From sequence record LR745206.1: DNA of 64,000 bases; one strand, 5' to 3'. The position numbers and the translations under genes are program-made. The notes below the pieces were generated by a model. That model was given only the letters and a program-made list of their open reading frames with translations, was not told the DNA's origin and searched no databases. Positions 57,761 to 64,000 of the stretch are shown here, piece after piece (the first letter of the stretch is position 1; each line of letters opens with the position of its first letter).

Positions 57761-58324
57761 ATGAATTACTTAAAACTATATGAAGGCTTCTGGGGTGATA
57801 GAAAGAAAAGGAGAAAGGCTAATAAAGCTTTAACCGAAGCTGAGAATCAAATAAATAATCATATATCAAAGTTTATTAATAAGAAGTATGGTTTCCAATA
57901 TAGTGTAGTTGTATGGAAAAGTAAGAATTCCAATTATACAGAAATAGATCATGATCAATTAACATTTAATGGTGTTGAAATAGAACCTACTTATTATAGT
58001 AATTCGGATATTGCTACCGGAGCTTTCTTCTATCTAAAATTTACTGATAAGAATAACGATGAGGTTTCTATATACTTTCCATCAGATGCAATTACACAGA
58101 ATGAAATAGATTTAGAGTATGCTAAACCTTGGGATTTATCTAAGAAGGCATTAAGAGGGGATGTTGCTGATAAAGAAGAAGATTTGGATAAAATTGATTA
58201 TGATGATCCAAATAGATATCCAAATAGAGATTCACATTTTGTATATGTTCCTAGTGAATATAAAACGATTGAATTACTTACTGAGTTAAAAGAGTTATTA
58301 CAAAGTCTAAACGAACAAATATGA
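57761..58324 (+). CDS. CTS-like N-terminus hypothetical protein
   Basis: MNYLKLYEGF; AAATATATAC at 57748-57757. Confidence 0.7.
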   Translation: MNYLKLYEGFWGDRKKRRKANKALTEAENQINNHISKFINKKYGFQYSVVVWKSKNSNYTEIDHDQLTFNGVEIEPTYYSNSDIATGAFFYLKFTDKNNDEVSIYFPSDAITQNEIDLEYAKPWDLSKKALRGDVADKEEDLDKIDYDDPNRYPNRDSHFVYVPSEYKTIELLTELKELLQSLNEQI

Positions 58325-58683
58325 GATATATTAAAACATATGAGTCATTTGTTTGTTTGGATGATTCACTTAAACTAGAAGTAGAGGATATTCTAAGAGA
58401 GTTAGAAGATGATAACATACGTGTTGACGTACATTCATGGGATGGTGTTGAAGTTTTTTTAACTAATAAATCGGAGCATAAGGTAAAAAGCTTCACAGCT
58501 CCCGATACATTTCCATATGAAGTTATAAAACCTCACATAGAACATTTAATATCCTTCTTAGGTGATAAAGGATATACTCTGAAAACTATTCATAATATAG
58601 TTGATTTAAGACCAAGGATATTTAGGCGTAATGATTTAGATGGTAGACAAATAGGTAGATTAGAATTAAGATTTACTAATTAA
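58321..58683 (+). CDS. CTS-like N-terminus, DIFxELxDDG family
   Basis: MRYIKTYESF; VEDILRELEDDN. Confidence 0.75.
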   Translation: MRYIKTYESFVCLDDSLKLEVEDILRELEDDNIRVDVHSWDGVEVFLTNKSEHKVKSFTAPDTFPYEVIKPHIEHLISFLGDKGYTLKTIHNIVDLRPRIFRRNDLDGRQIGRLELRFTN

Positions 58684-58746
58684 CTTATCAACTAAGTAAG
58701 TATATAACATATAACATTAAGTGCCAAGAATAAAATATTAATGTTC

Positions 58747-59385
58747 TCATTCAGCGTCTTTCATTAGTCTATTGAATTTTTCATCACTCATAAATCTTCT
58801 ATTAGATATTAACCAAGACCTCTCAAATTTATATCTATTATAATAATACTGAATATCAATCCTATCATCTACAATAACCGAATATACAGTTGAATCTTTC
58901 ATACCCAATACATTAATTACTTTATCATGTGCTTCTAGTACAGCCTCTCTCAATTTAGGATTCTTTATAGCTAAAAATTTTTCAGCTTCTTTATTTGTAT
59001 ATCTACCACCTTTTATAGAATAATCTATTATAACAACTGAACACCCAGGGTTTTTTTTATCTTTACTACTATTAAATATAAAGTATGAATAATCCCCTGT
59101 CTCTAATAAACTTAGTCTCTCAGCATCATTATCAGTCATGTTTGATGGGCAATCAGAAACCACAATTGAATCATGTGGTACAGATAAACTTTTACTTCTA
59201 TCAATCATAACATATGGAGTATTAACATTACTTTCGTTATTTAATACTCCTTCATAACCTAGTAAATCTTTTATATCTCTTCTAACCATATTAAAATCAT
59301 CAAATATATCTTGGTAACAATCAATGATAAGTAATATATCATCCTCCTTTGATTCAAACACTTTATATTTCTTTATATGTTTCAT
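58747..59385 (-). CDS. CTS-like N-terminus hypothetical protein
   Basis: MKHIKKYKVFES; TTATATATAC at 59390-59399. Confidence 0.75.
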   Translation of the reverse strand: MKHIKKYKVFESKEDDILLIIDCYQDIFDDFNMVRRDIKDLLGYEGVLNNESNVNTPYVMIDRSKSLSVPHDSIVVSDCPSNMTDNDAERLSLLETGDYSYFIFNSSKDKKNPGCSVVIIDYSIKGGRYTNKEAEKFLAIKNPKLREAVLEAHDKVINVLGMKDSTVYSVIVDDRIDIQYYYNRYKFERSWLISNRRFMSDEKFNRLMKDAE

Positions 59386-59402
59386 ATAGGTATATATAAA
59401 AA

Positions 59403-59433
59403 AAAGGTGGTGAATTATAAACTCACCACCTTT
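59403..59433 (-). terminator. intrinsic terminator after SPFH gene
   Basis: AAAGGTGGTGA/TCACCACCTTT stem with U-tract on the minus strand. Confidence 0.8.
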
Positions 59434-59451
59434 CTCACCTATCTACTTATA

Positions 59452-60912
59452 TTATTTTTTATCTGATTTCTTATCATCTGAATCAGCTAATGGGTTTAAG
59501 TTCTTCAACATACCCAATAAGGCTTTACCCTCGTCAGTTTGTTTCAAAGACTCAAGTAGTCCATTAATTTGTGATCCTCCTTTAGATGATAGAATATCAG
59601 AGAACTTGTTCATACCTGATTCAACATCACCACTGTTAGCAAGAATCTTTAAGTCTGCTGATGCAAGTGCCTTAGCCATTGCTTCTGCTTTCGCAACTTC
59701 AACAACTTGCTCTTTATCCACCGTCTTAACTCTAATAAGGTAATCTTGGTACCCTACGTTCTCACCAATTTCTTTCGCTAACTCTGTTTGAGCAGTTACG
59801 GATGCTAACTGACCAGCTTTCTCAGCTTCAGCCTCAGACATACCTTTAGCAGCGATTACTTTCGCTTCAGCCTCACCAACGGCTTGAACACCCTCAGCTT
59901 CTTTTTTCTTAGCGGCTAAGTGTGCATCAGCATCAGTTTCAACCTTAAACTTATCAGCTTCTGCTCCAATAGCAACAGTTCTCTTACGTTTCTCAGCGTC
60001 AATGATTTCTCTCTCTTTATCAATCTCAGCTTGTTTAATTTGAGCTACTTTGATAACTTCCATTTGTTGTAGTTTAGTTGCTCTTTCAGCTTGAGCAATA
60101 TCAGAGATAGAGTTTTGTTCTGCGATACCCGATGCTTTCATAGAGTTCGCTCTAGCAATACCAATAGCTCTTTCAGAGTCAGCTTGTGCTTCACCAGCTT
60201 CCCTTTGTGTTTCAGATCTAGTAACAGCAATGTTCTTCTCTGCTTCAAGTTCTGCTTGTTCAGCCTTACGGTTGTTAAGTGCAACTTCTGTACGAGACTC
60301 CATATCAATTGCTGACATACGTTTCGCCATAATCTGGTGAATTACTTTTGAGCCACCAGCATCTCTTACATCCATTAACTCGATGTTTTTAATTGAAGCT
60401 ACACCCCAATTAGATAAGTCAGCGTTAACTGCCTCAGTGAATTGTAAACCAAAGATAGAACGCTCCTCCATAATCTCTTCTAACTTAGACTTGGCTAGGA
60501 TTGAACGAACGGCACCTTGAACTACATTCTCAAGTTGTTTCTTTAACTCTTGGTATGATTCCACTTTTGCTGCTGCAATGTTTGTATCTGAAATGTGGAA
60601 GAATGCTTTGACATCAACGACAAATGGAACTCTGTCTTTATCATAAGCTGAATATTCTGATAAGTCAATATCAAAATTGGATACTGGTAACTCCCGAACA
60701 TCAACACCAATAACTGGTATCCATTTTGGGAATTCGTAATAAACATTTGATGTTTTACCGACACCATATGAAACGGTTTGTTTGCCTCTTTGGACAATGT
60801 GAACCACGTTAGTAGGTACAATCCTACGTAGTGATAAAATGTAAAAAAATATGATAGCTCCTACTAATGAGGGAATACCATACAGTAATAATGAAAATAA
60901 TGTTTCTGACAT
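59452..60912 (-). CDS. SPFH/flotillin-family membrane protein
   Basis: N-terminal TM, RRIVPTNVVHIV, DKDRVPFVVD, GAVRSILAK, long A/E-rich coiled coil. Confidence 0.9.
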   Translation of the reverse strand: MSETLFSLLLYGIPSLVGAIIFFYILSLRRIVPTNVVHIVQRGKQTVSYGVGKTSNVYYEFPKWIPVIGVDVRELPVSNFDIDLSEYSAYDKDRVPFVVDVKAFFHISDTNIAAAKVESYQELKKQLENVVQGAVRSILAKSKLEEIMEERSIFGLQFTEAVNADLSNWGVASIKNIELMDVRDAGGSKVIHQIMAKRMSAIDMESRTEVALNNRKAEQAELEAEKNIAVTRSETQREAGEAQADSERAIGIARANSMKASGIAEQNSISDIAQAERATKLQQMEVIKVAQIKQAEIDKEREIIDAEKRKRTVAIGAEADKFKVETDADAHLAAKKKEAEGVQAVGEAEAKVIAAKGMSEAEAEKAGQLASVTAQTELAKEIGENVGYQDYLIRVKTVDKEQVVEVAKAEAMAKALASADLKILANSGDVESGMNKFSDILSSKGGSQINGLLESLKQTDEGKALLGMLKNLNPLADSDDKKSDKK

Positions 60913-60991
60913 AATTTTTTTTTTAATAATTAATAAATAGATATAGGTAGTTTTTTTTATACAGCTACCACCCTTTGGCTGTTTACTTTTA

Positions 60992-60999
60992 CAAAGATA
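60992..60999 (-). promoter_or_regulatory. Bacteroidota-type -7 element
   Basis: TATCTTTG ~80 nt upstream of the SPFH ATG. Confidence 0.5.
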
Positions 61000-61005
61000 G
61001 GAATA

Positions 61006-61194
61006 TTATTCAATATCTTTTAAAAAATCTTCTTTTTTTCTTCTTTCTAATCTTCTTTTAAGAACTTTCATACGGGATCTAGCTTTTCTAGCATTACCAT
61101 ATCTAGCACCACGTTCTTGTTGCCATGTTGCATCTCCCCTATCTTCATTGAGTCCTTTAGTAACTCTGGTGTCTATTGATAATTTACTTTTCAT
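61006..61194 (-). CDS. very basic small protein
   Basis: 62 aa, R/K-rich. Confidence 0.55.
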   Translation of the reverse strand: MKSKLSIDTRVTKGLNEDRGDATWQQERGARYGNARKARSRMKVLKRRLERRKKEDFLKDIE

Positions 61195-61197
61195 ATT

Positions 61198-61581
61198 TTA
61201 TTGTAGTATATTACTTAATACTCTATCTCTCATTAATAACTTTGATTCATTCACTAAGCATTTAAATACCTTTATATGAGATTCTGTTCCCCAATGACTT
61301 TGTTTTCCTATTGGTAGTTTTTTATCTTCTATGAAGTAATCATCAATTATTGTCTCGATATTTATATAATCTTGAAAATTAAAAAATAACATAGACATAG
61401 TTGATAGTTTTCCATTTATAACATCACGATAAGTACCAATACCATTATAATAAGATATTCTATCTACTATATCAGTAGTAAATGGGTATTTATGACCACA
61501 CATATTACTTATATCACAACAAATACCTATAATCTCACCAGATACTTTCTTTTTTAACCACCTTTTAGCTACTTCTTCCAT
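61198..61581 (-). CDS. hypothetical protein with tag variant
   Basis: RDRVLSNILQ. Confidence 0.65.
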   Translation of the reverse strand: MEEVAKRWLKKKVSGEIIGICCDISNMCGHKYPFTTDIVDRISYYNGIGTYRDVINGKLSTMSMLFFNFQDYINIETIIDDYFIEDKKLPIGKQSHWGTESHIKVFKCLVNESKLLMRDRVLSNILQ

Positions 61582-61973
61582 TATACTAACTCACTTAATT
61601 TTTTATCTCTTCTTAGTCTATTAATCTCATTCTTAAACTTCTCAAAGTTCTCTGGGTGTCTATCAAAATATTTTAATTCTTCATATTCCCATTGTAGATT
61701 CTTCATAGCTTGATGTAACTCAGCACCTATATTATCTTTAAGTATATCATATATCTTCTCAATAGCTTTATCTATACCAACTTCATCCATAGTAACACAT
61801 TCATGTCTTATACTAAATCCATTACTGTTAATTCTAATCTCAGATGCACCTCCATAATATAGAGATTCGCAGTTATCTGGTGTTAATTCTTCTTTTGGTA
61901 TATAGGTACAAGTATATGAACCACCATTCTTACTTGTGAATTCTATAATACTTCTAATATCTTCTCTTGTCAT
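61581..61973 (-). CDS. hypothetical protein with C-terminal tag
   Basis: RDKKLSELV. Confidence 0.65.
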   Translation of the reverse strand: MTREDIRSIIEFTSKNGGSYTCTYIPKEELTPDNCESLYYGGASEIRINSNGFSIRHECVTMDEVGIDKAIEKIYDILKDNIGAELHQAMKNLQWEYEELKYFDRHPENFEKFKNEINRLRRDKKLSELV

Positions 61974-61974
61974 A

Positions 61975-62298
61975 TTAATTGGTTATAACATTCCCGTTCT
62001 TAGTATCAGCATCACCAGCAACATTCCCACAAATGATATTACCATTTTTATTGGTTACATCACCTTCAACATCACCTTTAACAACTATGTTACCATTCTT
62101 AGATGTAACATTACCACAGTTACCTTTGATTTCTAATACATCACAATGGTCTACATCAAGAGTTTCTATATTACCCTCTACGTGTATATTAATTACTTTA
62201 GCATCTTCTTGATCTACTAACTTACCATCAATATAAACTTTATTGTTTACTACTGATAAATTATTACCATTATATGTCTTTCCGTTTATTGTTACCAT
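61975..62298 (-). CDS. small beta-helix-like repeat protein
   Basis: repeated GNV/GDVxxKNGNIx units. Confidence 0.65.
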   Translation of the reverse strand: MVTINGKTYNGNNLSVVNNKVYIDGKLVDQEDAKVINIHVEGNIETLDVDHCDVLEIKGNCGNVTSKNGNIVVKGDVEGDVTNKNGNIICGNVAGDADTKNGNVITN

Positions 62299-62300
62299 AT

Positions 62301-62693
62301 TTATAAATTTATTCTCATTAAACTTCCACTTTTTATAAAATCATTCTTTTCATAGAATGTTACTAATTTATCATCACAGTTAAGTATGACTTTATAACAA
62401 TCAAACAATTTTGATTTATCAATAAGTTCTTTGATTATTAAAGAAGCATATCCTTTACCTCTTGTTGATTCATCAGTAGCAACATCTTCAATTAAACCCA
62501 TACGACTACCGTTGTGTATAAATTTATTTATAATAACAAGAGTAGCTGTTGCAACTACTTTATTATCCACTTCAAGAACATACACTGTTTTATTATCAGT
62601 ATAATTATCAAATGATACCGTTGTGCTAAAAGCTTTCTCTAGAATTCTTTTAACATCATCACAATCAGTTAGTATGTTAAATTCTCTAATCAT
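62301..62693 (-). CDS. GNAT acetyltransferase, glucosamine-6-phosphate N-acetyltransferase (GNA1)-like
   Basis: INKFIHNGSRMGLIEDVAT..TRGKGYA, CYKVILNC, FYEK. Confidence 0.8.
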   Translation of the reverse strand: MIREFNILTDCDDVKRILEKAFSTTVSFDNYTDNKTVYVLEVDNKVVATATLVIINKFIHNGSRMGLIEDVATDESTRGKGYASLIIKELIDKSKLFDCYKVILNCDDKLVTFYEKNDFIKSGSLMRINL

Positions 62694-62696
62694 TTC

Positions 62697-62945
62697 TTAT
62701 TTGTTTAGTTCATCAGCGGCATCCCAACCAAAGATTTGTTTAGTTGCGATATATGTATCATCTTCCATTCCTTTTAACCCTAGTGAGATACTCTCACCAA
62801 AACATGCTACCTTATTATCATGTACATAACAAAAGCCCGCTGATATAGGATTTAGATTTCTAAATGAAGAATGTTCAATGATTGTATGAAAGATTATAAT
62901 CTGATTATATTCTTTAAGTCTTACGTATTTTTGTTTAGTATCCAT
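62697..62945 (-). CDS. hypothetical protein
   Basis: 82-aa ORF; HS.F...PISAGFC. Confidence 0.65.
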   Translation of the reverse strand: MDTKQKYVRLKEYNQIIIFHTIIEHSSFRNLNPISAGFCYVHDNKVACFGESISLGLKGMEDDTYIATKQIFGWDAADELNK

Positions 62946-63502
62946 TATTTTAATAATTCATTTGTTTTATGAATAGCTCTTCTCATTTTACTATAATCAA
63001 ATCCGGTATTGAATGTGGTATCTATAATATGTTTCTCGTCTATGAACTCATTGATATCAAATCCACATTCATCATCTATTACTAGATATGGCTCATTCTC
63101 TACTTTATTATCTTTTAACCAATTAAGTATTTGAGTTCCTCTCTTACCGTCTCTACCAGTTTTACCTACTATCTTACATAGTATTAATCCTTTCAATACA
63201 AACAAGTCATATATCTCTTCGATTGTTCTACCACTTCTCCAGGATGATGATATAACATACTTTACGTTATGTCCTTGTTGTCTAAACATTCTTTGGTAGT
63301 AGTGTAGGTTTGATATACACTCTTGGTCAAATGGCCAATCGTCCATAGATAGACCTGGGAAGTCTAAATTCTTTTCTTTAAGTACTGCACCGAAATCTGT
63401 ATCATGAGGATCATCACCCATATAGTCTCTCCACTTTAGGTCAATCGATCTTTGAGTAGCAACTACACCATCAATATCCAAGAATACATATATGTCTTTC
63501 AT
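62945..63502 (-). CDS. HAD-domain protein of the 'Swiss Army Knife RNA repair' type
   Basis: FLDIDGV, VISSSWR, RG.QI..WL, YLVIDD. Confidence 0.8.
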   Translation of the reverse strand: MKDIYVFLDIDGVVATQRSIDLKWRDYMGDDPHDTDFGAVLKEKNLDFPGLSMDDWPFDQECISNLHYYQRMFRQQGHNVKYVISSSWRSGRTIEEIYDLFVLKGLILCKIVGKTGRDGKRGTQILNWLKDNKVENEPYLVIDDECGFDINEFIDEKHIIDTTFNTGFDYSKMRRAIHKTNELLK

Positions 63503-63628
63503 AGGTGAATTTTAAAAGCCAATTGTTGTTATTCTCCGTTACTACCTGTCTATGATTGGGAGACGTATTTTAATCTATCACTATTCTGAGTGAGTTCAGG
63601 TTCACAATTTTTTGGCTGTTATATTTTA

Positions 63629-63660
63629 TAAAGATAAGGATAAAGTATTAATAATACAAA
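63629..63660 (-). promoter_or_regulatory. Bacteroidota-type promoter, TAnnTTTA variant
   Basis: TTTG-N20-TATCTTTA. Confidence 0.5.
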
Positions 63661-63677
63661 ATCTACACATAATTTTT

Positions 63678-63998
63678 CTACCAAATATATCTTCTATCAG
63701 TTGGGTCTTTTACATCAAACCTAACCCACATAACTGGATAATTAATATGACTCTTTATTTCGGATGAATACATATCATTGGGTCTATCTATTCTAACATT
63801 ACCATTGTTCCAACTAAGTTGATTAGTATTCACAACAATTTGACCCTTATCACTTAACGATCTTATTATTCTTCTAATAGCATCATTTGCTTCTAACCAA
63901 TTATTGTGGTTGGGTAATCTTTCCCAATTGAAGTGGTTTGTTTCATCATCAAATGGTTCATATATAAATACTTTCTGATTGAACTTAACTAATACGGA
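63678..63998 (-). CDS. partial hypothetical protein (start beyond window)
   Basis: open frame from the window edge to TAG at 63678-63680. Confidence 0.55.
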   Translation of the reverse strand, partial: SVLVKFNQKVFIYEPFDDETNHFNWERLPNHNNWLEANDAIRRIIRSLSDKGQIVVNTNQLSWNNGNVRIDRPNDMYSSEIKSHINYPVMWVRFDVKDPTDRRYIW

Positions 63999-64000
63999 TA

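Noticed and set aside
63525-63550. Additional attC-like site (minus strand ACAGGTAGTAACGG)
   Set aside because: A short match only, with no stem or GTTA partner; likely chance.
1-64000. tRNA/rRNA genes and phage hallmark genes (capsid, portal, terminase, integrase)
   Set aside because: No T-loop/cloverleaf or rRNA-like segments, and no recognisable hallmark motifs found by eye; tRNAscan-SE and HMM searches would be needed to exclude them formally.

Overview
AT-rich, gene-dense 64-kb segment that reads as part of a very large (jumbo/huge) dsDNA phage of a Bacteroidota host. No capsid, terminase or portal gene lies in the window, so this is an inference. Support: ~110 mostly short, overlapping hypothetical ORFs, host-type TTTG-N19-20-TAnnTTT(G/A) promoters, a T9SS type-B cargo protein, HU, a lytic transglycosylase and orphan DNA methyltransferases. 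Main signals: (1) A foreign ~5.6-kb island (~29.06-34.68 kb) holds an integron-like array. Each gene cassette's two ends are mutually complementary and the cassettes are separated by attC-like TAAC...GTTA hairpins, with no integrase in the window. (2) At least 17 ORFs start with an N-terminal MK(Y/H)(L/I)Kx(Y/F)xxF(E/NE) peptide resembling the T4 capsid-targeting sequence, usually just downstream of a WAATATATA motif. (3) About 30 otherwise unrelated ORFs end in a shared R(D/E)xK(L/I)xx(L/I)(G/L)I tag, including apparent fragments of PolB, a PG-binding domain and a prohead protease. (4) A single-chain PheRS-like gene sits behind a complete Phe-leader-peptide attenuator. No tRNA, rRNA or CRISPR array was seen. 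Family names come from motif recognition by eye; no database searches were run.
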